From: Octopus bimaculoides
Taxonomy: Eukaryota
Direction of reading: 5' to 3'
Assembly: GCF_001194135.2 (NCBI RefSeq)
Contig: NC_068986.1
Span: 52,235,226-52,293,780, forward strand
Length of the DNA stretch: 58,555 bases
Shown: positions 25,105 through 37,245 of the stretch, piece by piece
Layout: every line of letters begins with the position of its first letter
Numbering within the stretch: position 1 is the stretch's first letter
The notes under the pieces: generated by a model
Database searches by the model: none
The model's input: the letters and a program-made list of their open reading frames with translations, nothing else
What the model was told of the DNA's origin: nothing
Program-made: the position numbers and the translations under genes

Positions 25105-25291
25105 TTTTCTACTCTAGGCACAAGGTCTGGAATTTTGGGGGAGGGGAACAGTTGATTAGATCGACCCCACTACGCAACTGGTACTTAATTTATCGACCCC
25201 GAAAGGATGAAAGGCAAAGTCAACCTCGGCTGAATTTGAACACAGAACATAAAGACAGATGAAACACTGATAAGCATTTCGCCCGGCGTGT
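25105..25291 (-). mobile_element. SINE family A, tail type 1
   Basis: ttttctactctaggcacaagg...tatcgaccccgaaaggatgaaaggcaaagtcaacc. Confidence 0.92.
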
Positions 25292-25444
25292 AAGGAGAAC
25301 AAATATTGGAAGCATTTTCCCGATCCTGGAATGATCCAGGCAATTTATTTCAATAATAAATAATAATAATGATGATGAAGTTGATGATGATGACGGTAGT
25401 AGTGGTGGTGGTGGTGGTGGTGTTGGTGGTTATGATGATGATAA

Positions 25445-25642
25445 TCCTTTCCACTATAGGCATAATGCTTGATATTGGTGGGAAGGGGACCAGTCGATTA
25501 CATCGACCGAAGTGTTCCAATGGTACTTAATTTATCGACCGAAAGGATAAAAGGCGAAGCCGACCTCGGCGGAATTTGAACTCAGAGCGTAGTGACAGAC
25601 GAAATATTATTAACCATTTCACCCGGCGTGCTAATGATTCTG
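25445..25642 (-). mobile_element. SINE family A, tail type 1
   Basis: aatcctttccactataggc...cgacctcggcggaatttgaactcagagcg. Confidence 0.9.
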
Positions 25643-25643
25643 C

Positions 25644-25708
<65 letters not shown>

Positions 25709-25710
25709 TG

Positions 25711-26110
25711 ATTAAGATTTAATTTATTTGCCAGAAGGACGAAGTATGAGGGGGACAATACAAAGACAGACATAAAGTGTTAAAAATATGTAAAAAAGAA
25801 AGTATACACCGAAAGAGAAGGGACATAAACATAACATATAAAGGTTTAAAAAAAAAAGTGGTGGCGAGTATGGTAAAAATGTGGCCCTCCTGAAGGCCTC
25901 TAGGGTTAATCGAGGAACCCCACTGTCCGAGATTTCCCTGAAACCCCAGGAGCAACTGCTTCTCCAATTCCTTTTCTCCCACTCACAGGTCTACACTTAG
26001 AGAAGTACCATTCACTCTTGCCATTTTCGCAACTTTCACTCACCTTTCAATTAACTCAGGATAGCACTTCCCTCTCCACTCTTAATTTCGATTTCAAGTC
26101 AATGTCTTTC
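25711..26110 (-). mobile_element. 3' end of a second Tx1/L1-type LINE copy
   Basis: Minus strand encodes KDIDLKSKLRVEREVLS*, then (frameshifted) ERxVKVAKMARVNGTSLSVDL*, homologous to 22380-22498. The 3'UTR ends ...ggcaaataaattaaat followed by (ATT)n at 25644-25706. Confidence 0.85.
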
Positions 26111-26111
26111 A

Positions 26112-26441
26112 GGTGGAGGAGGAAGGGGAGGAGGAAGAAGAAGAAGAAGAAGAAGGGGAGGAGGAGGTGGACGAAGAGAAGTAGGAGGAGGGTGGAGGAA
26201 GTGAAGAGGACAGGTAGTGGTGGAGGTGGAAGAGGAGGGGGAAAATAAGAAGGAGGAGGAGGGATGGAGGAAGTGAAGAGGACAGGTAGTGGTGGAGGAA
26301 GAGGAGGAAGAAGAAGAGGAGGTGGAGGAAGGGAAGAAGGAGGGGGAGGGGTGGAGGAAGTGAAGAGCACAAGTAGTGGCGGAGGAAGAAGGAGAAGGGT
26401 TAGGAAGAAGAAGAAGAAGAAGAAGAAGAAGAAGAAGAAGA
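26112..26441. repeat. Purine-only GGA/GAA tract with three copies of a ~35-bp unit (gtggaggaagtgaagaggacaggtagtggtggagg)
   Basis: Units near 26192, 26263 and 26351; terminal (GAA)n. Confidence 0.9.
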
Positions 26442-27817
26442 TATAAGCCAATGAGAAACAAAAAAACTGCATTGATATAGGCAACTAGTATACCTATCCT
26501 CGGACGTTGATATATTGCGTTGATATATGTATTGATAGGAAAGTACCGACTAGCGCAGTATAAAATGTTCAGTTAGCAAAATGCCGACAAAGCAAATTAT
26601 GGAACCAACGATGGAGACACTCCCTGGTAACTTATATGCTAGCAATAACCGCCCAAAAGTCTTTGAAATGAAGCAATAAAGTCTTCATAAAAAACGATAT
26701 GGCGAACATTGTAATGTCTGATATGCAAAGCAGATTGGATGGTTGTAACTAGGACTGCCGTATTATGCGTATCTACAATAAGTTATAGACAAATGACAAT
26801 ACACCATAGCGCTTCACCGAGTGCATGAATTCGGCAAACTTCTTTCGTTTAGCTGCTATGCCCCCGGGAATAGCAATATTTTGAAGCTCCTAAAGCGACA
26901 CCTACAACATACGTAGATTTGCATTAGATCCCTAGACTCGTGGTGCTCCTGCGAAAGTGCTTAGTGTACTCATCCCTTAAGACGGCACTCGATGTACATG
27001 ATATTTCATTGGTCAATGAATAACGCAATCAAAGATTTGCGGAGGCTAAACAAGAACAACAACAATATCGACTATAACAATTTCTAATACAGAGGAAGGC
27101 TCCTACATCAGCTGGGGTCAACTTTTGCACAGTTAATCCAATCCATTTATCCTCCAGTAGAATAAATACTAGTGAAGCACTGGGGATAATTTAAACACAT
27201 GTGTTCCCCAAAATCTGTGGCCCCGTGCCAATTTTTAGAGATAATTTGATTATTTCGTCATGACGGAGTATGTTGATTGTTTGTGGTGAATTTCTTACCT
27301 ATTTTCCCTGACATTTCTCACTCTCGTTTATTCCTAGGGGAAATTTCATCAATTATGTAGATTTCTCCTCTTAGTACATCTAATTCTCTCTGGGCATTTA
27401 CTTTCAGAAGTAGAGAGATTTATCTCTGTAACACCTACATTTACATTCAACATTATTTTCCAGAAGATTTTGCCATCTCTCTGGATGATTGCACGATGTG
27501 AAATGCATGGAAATTTGAGATTAGATAAATAAATATAGAACTAATAATATTCAGAATAAAAACAGCGAGGGATAGGAGGATGGATGTAAGACACAACACA
27601 AAAATCACTAAAATCAGCAATATTTGCTATGCTGTTTATGTTAAAGAGGATTTTATAGGAGAGAAAATTATATTTATTCATTTATTCATATAAATATCAT
27701 TTCTTATGTATATATGGTGAGCTCTCTTTTGCGTGAGAGTACGTGTGCTGTGCTTGTATGAATACGTATGTGCGGTTGTGGGCGTATATGTACACACACA
27801 CACAAGCATGCACACGT

Positions 27818-27848
<31 letters not shown>

Positions 27849-28444
27849 AGCATGCACACGTACACGCACACACACACACACACACATGCAAATACACATA
27901 CACACATGTATGTATGTATGTGTGTATATGCATATATATGTGTAAATATATACATGCATAAATACGCATATACTCATATATGTATGCACGTGTGTATGCA
28001 CGTATGCGTGCTTATATGTATGTATGGACATAGCAGAGTGCCCCTTGCTTTCCCTCCTCCCAGTTGGTGAGTTGGTATGGAGAAAGATCCGCTGAAATTC
28101 TTGCTGGAGTATATTCCAAGACGAACACCGTTTTTATCGGTTTCGGAATAACATACTTTTGTCGTTGACTACAGGCATAATTTGAACTCAGACTGAAAAG
28201 AGCCGAAACAGCGATAGCACCGCATTGAATCCTACAATGTAACAAAGTGTTAACTTACCCAGAGCCGTTATAGCATTATTAGAGGACACCATGGAAAATC
28301 AATGTCCTATAATATTTATCTATTGGCACCAAGCCGCAACGGGCATAGATCAGAATCAGGACTTTGGACCCATGAGGCCCCAATCAAATCAATGAACAGG
28401 ACACTATACCATTCATTTATTGATACGAAGCCACAGCATACGTA

Positions 28445-28680
28445 GTGGAGGTACTTTGCTTAGTGATTAGGGATGTTGGACTCATGATCGTAATATTGTC
28501 GTTTCGATTCCTGGACTGGGTGATACGTTTAATTCTTGAGCGAAACACTTCATTTCACTTTGCTCCAGTCCACTCAACTGGGCAAAAATGAGTAACCGTC
28601 CAGGTGGGAATTATATATGCCATGAAACCTGGAAACAGGCCCTTATGAGTCGGCATGATTCGAGAAGGTAACGTTTCATT
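28445..28680 (+). mobile_element. tRNA-derived CORE-like SINE with a distinct 3' module
   Basis: B-box gtttcgattcc. The central ttgagcgaaacacttcatttc...tccactcaactgggcaaaaatgagtaa is shared with 30860-30920. Confidence 0.75.
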
Positions 28681-28807
28681 TACCTTGTAGCATACATAGA
28701 TCAAAATTGGGTCCTTAGACATATGAGAGCCTCGAGTACCTTCCTTAAGATAGTACTGCTCTCCTGAACTGACTACAGTAGACGTTTATACGCGTTGTAT
28801 AATATAT

Positions 28808-29008
28808 ATTTCTTTATTCTTTTACTCGTTTCTGTTATTAGACTGCGGCCATGCTGGAGCACCGCCTTTAAGAATTTTTAGTCAAATGAATCGACCCCAA
28901 GACTTATTCTATTGATCCATTTTGCCGAACCACCCATACAGTGAGATTGAATCTGGTACTATATGGTTGGGAAGCAAAGCTTCTTACCACACAGCCACGC
29001 CTGCGCCT
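28808..29008 (-). mobile_element. SINE family B, internally deleted copy
   Basis: Minus-strand head ggcgcaggcgtggctgtgtggtaagaagctttgcttcccaacc joined to a tail ggcggtgctccagcatggccgcagtc...aaacgagtaaaag, homologous to 37180-37230. Confidence 0.88.
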
Positions 29009-29087
29009 ATATATACTTTTGTCGCATCTCGCTGTCTTTTACCATTCTTTCTCCCCCATCCTTAGCATAAATCACCACACAAATTGT

Positions 29088-29336
29088 TGTCTGTCTTTGT
29101 GATGTCCCTCTCATCTCTGCCCGTGTGGCTAATAAGAGAATTGGGTTAAGTCGATTACACCATCCCCAGTGCTCAACTTTACGGCCAAATTTATGCTCTG
29201 AATAAATTCCGTCGAGGTCGACATTACCTTTGATTCTTTCGGAGTCGATAAAAATGCACGAGTTGTGCAGTGGAGTCGATGTAATCATCCTAGCCACTGC
29301 CCACGAAGTTGCTGACCTTGCACCAAAATATGAAAT
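29088..29336. mobile_element. Mosaic: + strand Tx1-type tail relic (29088-29140), - strand SINE-A fragment (29141-29180), + strand SINE-A body (29190-29336)
   Basis: Motif-by-motif comparison with other copies in the window. Confidence 0.65.
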
Positions 29337-29357
29337 CATTATTATTGTTAGTAGTTA

Positions 29358-29572
29358 GGCGGTGAGCTGGCAGAGTCGTTAGCACGCTGGACGAAATGTT
29401 TGGAGGCATTTCGCCTGTCGCTACGTTCTGAGTTCAAATTCCGCCAGGGTCGACTTTGCCGTTCCACCTTTCAGGGTCGATCACTTGAGTACCAGTGAAA
29501 TTCTGGGGTCAATGTAATTGACTAGTGCCCTCCCCCAAAATTTTAGGCCTTGTGCCTGTGATAGAAAGGATT
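29358..29572 (+). mobile_element. Full-length SINE family A, tail type 1
   Basis: ggcggtgagctggcagagtcgttagc...gccttgtgcctgtgatagaaagg. Confidence 0.95.
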
Positions 29573-29574
29573 GT

Positions 29575-29841
29575 TATTGTTAGTAGTAATAATAGTAGTA
29601 GTAGTAGCGGCGGTGGTGGAAGTAGTAGCATCAGCATCATCATCTTCAGCAGAAGCAGCAGCAGCAGCAGTAGTAGTAGTAGCAGCAGCAGCAGCGGCGG
29701 CGGCGGTGGGTGGTGGTGGTGGTGGTGGTAGTAATAGTAGTAGTAGTAATAATAGTAGCATCATCAGCAGCAGCAGTAGCAGTAGCGGCAACAGGAGCAT
29801 GCAGCAGCAGTAGTAGTAGCAGCAGCAGTAGTAGCAGCAGC

Positions 29842-29879
<38 letters not shown>

Positions 29880-29942
29880 CAGTAGTAGTAGCAGTAGTAG
29901 CTGCAGCAGCAGCAATGGCGGTGATGACGGCAACAGCAGCAC
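29575..29942. repeat. Compound (AGT/AGC/GGT)n trinucleotide tract
   Basis: Direct reading. Source of the poly-S/L/A/V ORFs. Confidence 0.95.
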
Positions 29943-30245
29943 TATAGATTCTTATTCAACTTCCATGCATGTTGAAGTATTGAGAATGTTTACACATGAC
30001 ATGGTTGGGAATTCACGAAGGTATATGTCAGATAAACATATAGATATATCGTCACATGCAGTTAATTTAGGAGTATTTCACACCTCAACTAATCTGAAAT
30101 TTGATACGAAATATATCAGAAAATCCAATTTAGGAGCGTTTCTTTCTACACACGCCGCATCTAACAACATTGAAAATTGTGTTGTATATTTGTCGACGAA
30201 CATTTTGGTATATTTTTGTAATTTTCTTTCAATGCGCATACGCTG

Positions 30246-30315
<70 letters not shown>

Positions 30316-30681
30316 NNNNNNNNNNNNNNNNNNNNNNNNNNNNNNNNNNNNNNNNNNNNNNNNNNNNNNNNNNNNNNNNNNNNNNNNNNNNNNNNNNNNN
30401 NNNNNNNNNNNNNNNNNNNNNNNNNNNNNNNNNNNNNNNNNNNNNNNNNNNNNNNNNNNNNNNNNNNNNNNNNNNNNNNNNNNNNNNNNNNNNNNNNNNN
30501 NNNNNNNNNNNNNNNNNNNNNNNNNNNNNNNNNNNNNNNNNNNNNNNNNNNNNNNNNNNNNNNNNNNNNNNNNNNNNNNNNNNNNNNNNNNNNNNNNNNN
30601 NNNNNNNNNNNNNNNNNNNNNNNNNNNNNNNNNNNNNNNNNNNNNNNNNNNNNNNNNNNNNNNNNNNNNNNNNNNNNNNNN
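30316..30681. other. Assembly gap (N)
   Basis: N run between (CA)n and (TA)n. Confidence 1.
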
Positions 30682-30725
<44 letters not shown>

Positions 30726-30780
30726 GTGTATGTATGTATGTACATATGTATGCATGTATGTATATTATATTTATATGTGA

Positions 30781-31098
30781 AGGCGCGTGACTTAGTGGAT
30801 AGAGTATTCGGCTCACGTTCGTAAGTTACGACTTCGATTCCCGGCGGCGCGTTGTGTCGTTGAGCAAGGCACTTTATTTCAAGTTGCTCTACTTCACTCA
30901 GCTGGCAAAAATGAGTAATTCCTGTATTTCAAATGGCTAGCCTTGTCACACTTGTGTCACGCTGAATCTCTCTGAGAACAACGTTAAGCGTATGCGTGTC
31001 TCTGGAATGCTTAGCCACTTGTACGTTACTTTAACGAGCAGGCTGTTCCGTTGATCAGGTCATACCGAACTCTTGTCGTCGTAAGCGACGGAGTGGCG
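30781..31098 (+). mobile_element. tRNA-derived SINE: CORE-like centre as in 28445-28680, 3' module as in 6541-6922
   Basis: gccttgtcacacttgtgtcacgctgaat...gcaggctgttccgttgatc...gtcgtaagcgacggagtg matches 6760-6915. Confidence 0.88.
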
Positions 31099-31719
31099 TA
31101 TATATTTATATATATGCATATAGATAAAATATACATTGGTACACACACACAGACAGACACACACAGACACACACACACACATACACACACACGCATACAC
31201 ACATACACACACATACACACATATATATATACACACGTGCATTTATATACATATAAATATATATATCGATATAAAAGGTATAACAATACTGTAATGTATG
31301 TATGCCTATATATATGTATGTATGTATATATGTATGTATGTATGTATTCGTACATTTCAAAATATCTTTCTTTGTTTTTATATGAAACAATGCGAAATGT
31401 TTAACAGACTGTCTGTTAAAGTCTGTCATACCGGCCATGATGAAATAACACAAGGTATAGAAAATACGTATTCGCCTTTATATATGTAATCCTTTATATT
31501 GAACACTCAATATTTCATCTATTCAATAAGACATATTCCATATATTCAATAAGACATTCAATACTTTATTTCATTGTACCATCCATTTTTATTTTATATT
31601 ATATATTGTATATTCCATATTCTATATTTCACATTGGTTTTGCAGGAATATAAATAAAACATAAAAAACAGACAGTGTTGGAACTCTTTTGAACAAAATA
31701 ATATATTCCTCTATACACA

Positions 31720-32528
31720 NNNNNNNNNNNNNNNNNNNNNNNNNNNNNNNNNNNNNNNNNNNNNNNNNNNNNNNNNNNNNNNNNNNNNNNNNNNNNNNNN
31801 NNNNNNNNNNNNNNNNNNNNNNNNNNNNNNNNNNNNNNNNNNNNNNNNNNNNNNNNNNNNNNNNNNNNNNNNNNNNNNNNNNNNNNNNNNNNNNNNNNNN
31901 NNNNNNNNNNNNNNNNNNNNNNNNNNNNNNNNNNNNNNNNNNNNNNNNNNNNNNNNNNNNNNNNNNNNNNNNNNNNNNNNNNNNNNNNNNNNNNNNNNNN
32001 NNNNNNNNNNNNNNNNNNNNNNNNNNNNNNNNNNNNNNNNNNNNNNNNNNNNNNNNNNNNNNNNNNNNNNNNNNNNNNNNNNNNNNNNNNNNNNNNNNNN
32101 NNNNNNNNNNNNNNNNNNNNNNNNNNNNNNNNNNNNNNNNNNNNNNNNNNNNNNNNNNNNNNNNNNNNNNNNNNNNNNNNNNNNNNNNNNNNNNNNNNNN
32201 NNNNNNNNNNNNNNNNNNNNNNNNNNNNNNNNNNNNNNNNNNNNNNNNNNNNNNNNNNNNNNNNNNNNNNNNNNNNNNNNNNNNNNNNNNNNNNNNNNNN
32301 NNNNNNNNNNNNNNNNNNNNNNNNNNNNNNNNNNNNNNNNNNNNNNNNNNNNNNNNNNNNNNNNNNNNNNNNNNNNNNNNNNNNNNNNNNNNNNNNNNNN
32401 NNNNNNNNNNNNNNNNNNNNNNNNNNNNNNNNNNNNNNNNNNNNNNNNNNNNNNNNNNNNNNNNNNNNNNNNNNNNNNNNNNNNNNNNNNNNNNNNNNNN
32501 NNNNNNNNNNNNNNNNNNNNNNNNNNNN
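31720..32528. other. Assembly gap (N)
   Basis: N run. Confidence 1.
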
Positions 32529-32560
<32 letters not shown>

Positions 32561-34715
32561 GTACCATCATATTGTACTCAAATGTTGTAAAGTGATTTGG
32601 GAAGTATCTTATTCTTTCCCAGCTGAGAGCACATTTCAATATTTTTAAAAATCCTAATCAAAAGTTGCGTCTTTGATTTCCGATTCGCTTTTGGTTTATG
32701 CTTCGATAATGTTGTCACCCATATAAAGTAACAAGAAATGTCTATCGGAATTTGCAGCTGCTATAACTCATCACAACTTATATTTCGACTTGCGCAACCA
32801 AGATGGCGTGGATTCAATCCCATCAACTGATTATGTTGGACGCTAATACCGATTATGTTCATATAATGTAAATATTCTATTATTATAAGCATAATTATAA
32901 TCAGGGATCAGCTAATTGCTTCGCCAGGTAGCGAATTTAGAAATAGTAGTTAAAATACGGGTTATGTTCAAGAGAAGACTTGTCAAGAAAGGCTTGTTTC
33001 GATCATACCGGAGAATGATCAAAAGCGTACTTAATAAGGGTAAATATCTTCTTACATCTATCTCAGATATTTGCAAATTAATTTGCCTCGAGGTTTATGG
33101 TTGATGAGTGATAATCTTTGCCGGAATTTACCACTTTTAATTACTGCCTCAATTCTGGTGGTAGTGTACCAGCTAGTGAAATTTCGAGGTATAACTTATA
33201 TTGGTTTCTCAAAAGCTACTCTCCCAGATCAAACACAAGCCATTTTATTGTAAAATGTAGCCTCTCAGACATCCCAAATTCCGGTAGATTTGTTCCAACT
33301 TTGTTTGAAGAGGTAAACTCTTGCCTTTGTAGAACGTCTGTATTTACCTAACATTTCAAAAACACGGGTAACTATGACCGCCGAGTGTTTAAGTATTTTG
33401 TATGAAACTTATCTTATCGTTCTTTATTTTAATTAATTGCTAAATCTAAGTGTGAGCGAACGCAACTATACATTATGGATTACTGCCATAATATATTTTC
33501 CTTCGTTGCTGCAATTTAGAGGCAATATGTGGAAACATATACACACATACATGCATACATTCATAAATACATAGATACATACAAACACATACATGCACAT
33601 ATATGTAAATAGATTGATGTAAATACAATGTATAAATAGAAAGATATACAAATAGATAGATATGTGGATGTTTGTATATATACATACATACGTACATACA
33701 TACATACATACATACATACATACATACATACATACATACGTATATACGTTCATGCTTCCAGCAGACTCACACAGATTCCACGGAAAAAATTTCACTCCTA
33801 ATCTTTTAGCAAATCCGCAGATATGAAAGAAGACGCTTTTCCAGTAACTCACAGAGGAAACGCAACCCCATGTCAACGCGGCAGGCATGTCCGAACTTCT
33901 TATCCTGATAACCACGCCTGCATTAAACTGACACGAATATTGAAGTTACACATCTGAATAGAAAACATTCATGCCATGTTTAGATATTTCCGAGAATCGA
34001 TTTATAGCCAGTGCCAAATGGAAATATACAAACATATTTCTATAATGTATATATGATTTGGATTGATTTATATCTAATACATGTACATATGGTGATCATA
34101 GACTTAATGTATGTGCTATTCTGAAAGCTAATGAAACTCGTGATATATACAGCTCTTTAACAGATTTCACAGTTGCGATTTGACCTACTGAACACACCTA
34201 TTTTACAGCTCAGTAGATTAGCCGTGATTAATTCCGGCCCTTGGCCAAGAAATCAACACTTTGCCAATCCAAGTATCTGTCATCTCAGGCAACGTATAAT
34301 TCTTTTAAGAATCTGAAGCAGAGAAATGAAATAATTGAGTGTTCTTGGCAGAAAGGCATTTACCAGCTCTTTCTCACAGTATGGAGTCCATATATTCATA
34401 CCAGATGGTGCTTCATGCAAGTTAAATTTAGTTTCCACATTCTGCACTCTACCTGAAAATTGTCAGCTTACCTTAGCATAAATTCTATTTTTACAAAATA
34501 TACATACGGCATTGCTTAAATAAAAATCCCTGATTATCAGTCGCCTTCATATAAACACCATACATGCACGTGCGCGCGCGCATACACACGCACACACACA
34601 CACACACACAATCTCAGAGGGAAATATATGTGCATATACGTGTGTGTGTGTGTGTGTGTGTCTCTGTGTGTGTGTGTGTGTGTGTGCGTGCGTGCTTGTG
34701 TTTGTGCGAGAATGC

Positions 34716-34747
<32 letters not shown>

Positions 34748-34751
34748 ATAT

Positions 34752-34888
34752 NNNNNNNNNNNNNNNNNNNNNNNNNNNNNNNNNNNNNNNNNNNNNNNNN
34801 NNNNNNNNNNNNNNNNNNNNNNNNNNNNNNNNNNNNNNNNNNNNNNNNNNNNNNNNNNNNNNNNNNNNNNNNNNNNNNNNNNNNNNNN
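34752..34888. other. Assembly gap (N)
   Basis: N run. Confidence 1.
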
Positions 34889-35004
34889 ATATATATGTAT
34901 GTATGTATGTATATAGATTCAGATGAATATGGTACTTAAGTTGAGTCACCTGAATTTAGTACGGTATTATCCATACAATTTCAAAATAAGATGATTAAAA
35001 TCAA

Positions 35005-35415
35005 AATAAGCAACAAGGATATCCAGAGGTAATGCAGTACGATCATTTCACGCAACTCCATTTAATTGAACAATGCAGTCATTATATCAATTTAAATGCA
35101 GAGCAATCTTCAGCTGCACAAAGACATAGAATTTAATCAAATTAATACAGATGGACACATTAGAATAATTTTACCTAAACTCTCCAAGAAGTTAAGGAGT
35201 TAGCCCTACACCTAACAGACACTGCCCCTTCTTCTCTCGGCCTTAGATATAAAAGGATTTGATAAAACTAGTCTATAGATTAAAACTGACCCCATAAAAA
35301 AACAGTGACAAGCAAAAATCTGTAACAAGTCTTTCTCCCTGATACCTTAGTAGCTTCTAAGCTGAAGGGAAGGCAGAATGTTCTTTATCTATCTCCTTAA
35401 CTTCTTGGATATTTT
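35005..35415. mobile_element. Unclassified element containing a perfect 17-bp inverted repeat
   Basis: tccaagaagttaaggag (35183-35199) and ctccttaacttcttgga (35393-35409). Boundaries are approximate. Confidence 0.45.
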
Positions 35416-35735
35416 AGGCACACACACGCACACACACGCACATGCACGCGCACACACACACACACGCACACACACACACACATGCAGAAATATATGGACT
35501 AAAACACTTTTTCTATACAAAAGACTATGAGTAACGCGTGATTCCTTTTCATTTGTGTTATATGTCAAACTTACCTAATAAATACACCAATATATTTTCA
35601 GTTAAACTAGAATACGATAACATTTATCATGTGAAAACAGTTTTATATTATTACTTTGACACATATAAATACATAGAATAAATCTATTTTTTCCTAATGA
35701 TAAAGTCCTTGTAATTAAACAATATCATATATTTC

Positions 35736-36800
35736 TATTAAATTGTTCCGAAAATAATTGCCGGTCTAAGAGTTGTGTTTTGAAACGCAATTTTATCATA
35801 GTATTTTCATTATGTTTTAATTGAATTTTGACATACTTAATAATTATTGTATCGTCTTTAATAATTTTCTTCTTATTTCAGACAGAAAACATTCAGGCAC
35901 CCTTAATTATGAACATGACAAAAAAGGACCTTTGCTTACTTTTCTTGCTTACTTTTCATGACTTCAAGGTTGGGGACAAAGCCTCCCAATCTGCTGTCAA
36001 TATCAACAGACCATACGGAGAGGAATCTACAAGTGATCGCACAATACGAAAGTGGTCTCAAAAATTCTGTGGTTGTGATGAGAGCCTTGAAGATGAAGAA
36101 AGTTGACGATGGTCATGCAGTCATGACAATGAACAATTGTTAACAAAACTCACGTCAAAGTGTCAGAGAAATGTCTCAGAGACTTGGTGTCAGTATTGCA
36201 ACGGCCTCACGCAATCTGCAGGTGAAAATCTGTAAGGTGAAATCTGTAAGGTGAAAAAGCTAGACTAATGGGTACCATATGAGCTCAATGAAAATCAATA
36301 AGTTCGGTGTTTTGAAGTGGGCTCGATGTGCTGTCTGCGAAACACCAAGGATCCTTTTCTTGACTAAATAGTCACTTGTGACGAAAAGTGGATCATTTAG
36401 GATAACCGTAAATGATCAGGTCAATGCCTTGATCGTGATGGGTCACCCAAACATTTCCCAAAGCCAAAGTTGCATCAGCAAAAGATTATGGTGTCTGTCA
36501 GGTGGTCTGCAATTGCTGTTGTCCATTACAGCTTTCTGGAAGCCAATCAGAGCATTACAGCAGAAGTCTATTGCTATCAACTCACTGAAATGCATGCTCA
36601 CTTGCAAAAGGTGGAATCAAGTTTCTTAGCATCGAAGCCAACAAGGTTTTATCTACGAGACATAAATACTCCCGTTGATTGATGGCAGAGATGCCTACAT
36701 GTTCACGGTTTCTACTTTGACTAATCAAAACATTACTATTGTTAATTTTTCCAGAATAAAATTGTTTCTGAAATCGGTCATTATTTTCGGAACAACCTAA
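35736..36800 (+). mobile_element. Mariner DNA transposon (Hsmar1/cecropia-like), internally deleted and decayed
   Basis: TIRs ttaaattgttccgaaaataattgccg (35738) and cggtcattattttcggaacaacctaa (36775-36800). Remnants MTKKDL...FKVGDKASQSAVNINRPYGEESTSDRTIRKW..KF...DESLEDEE, WVPYEL, IVTCDEKWI, PKPKLHQQKIMVSVRW and the C-terminus WQRCLHVHGFYFD*. The HDNA and YSPDLAP region is missing. Confidence 0.92.
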
Positions 36801-36822
36801 CACACACACACACACACACACA

Positions 36823-36993
36823 GATGTGAGTGGATTTGGTAGACGGAAACTGAAAGAAGCCCGTCGTATATATGTACACACANNNNNNNNNNNNNNNNNN
36901 NNNNNNNNNNNNNNNNNNNNNNNNNNNNNNNNNNNNNNNNNNNNNNNNNNNNNNNNNNNNNNNNNNNNNNNNNNNNNNNNNNNNNNNNNNNNN

Positions 36994-37033
<40 letters not shown>

Positions 37034-37245
37034 ATTTGTGTGTCTGTGTTTGTCACCCCACCATCACTTGACAACTGATGCTGGTGTGTCTACGTCCCCG
37101 TAACTTAGCGGTTTGGCAAAAGAGACCGATAGAATAAGTACTAGGCTTACAAAGAATAAGTCCTGGGGTCGATTTCTTCGACTAAAGGCGGTGATCCAGC
37201 ATGGCCGCAGTCAAATAACTGAAACAAGTAAGAGTAAGAGTAAGA
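36823..37245 (+). mobile_element. SINE family B (5'-truncated) with an internal microsatellite and assembly gap (36883-36993)
   Basis: gtgagtggatttggtagacggaaactgaaagaagcccgtcg...gtaacttagcggtttggcaaaagagaccgatagaataagtac...ggcggtgatccagcatggccgcagtcaaataactgaaacaagtaagag. Confidence 0.88.

Noticed and set aside
29525-29942. Poly-S/A/G ORFs resembling low-complexity transcription-factor regions
   Set aside because: The ORF begins inside a SINE tail and consists of (AGT/AGC/GGT)n, with no flanking domain or splice context.
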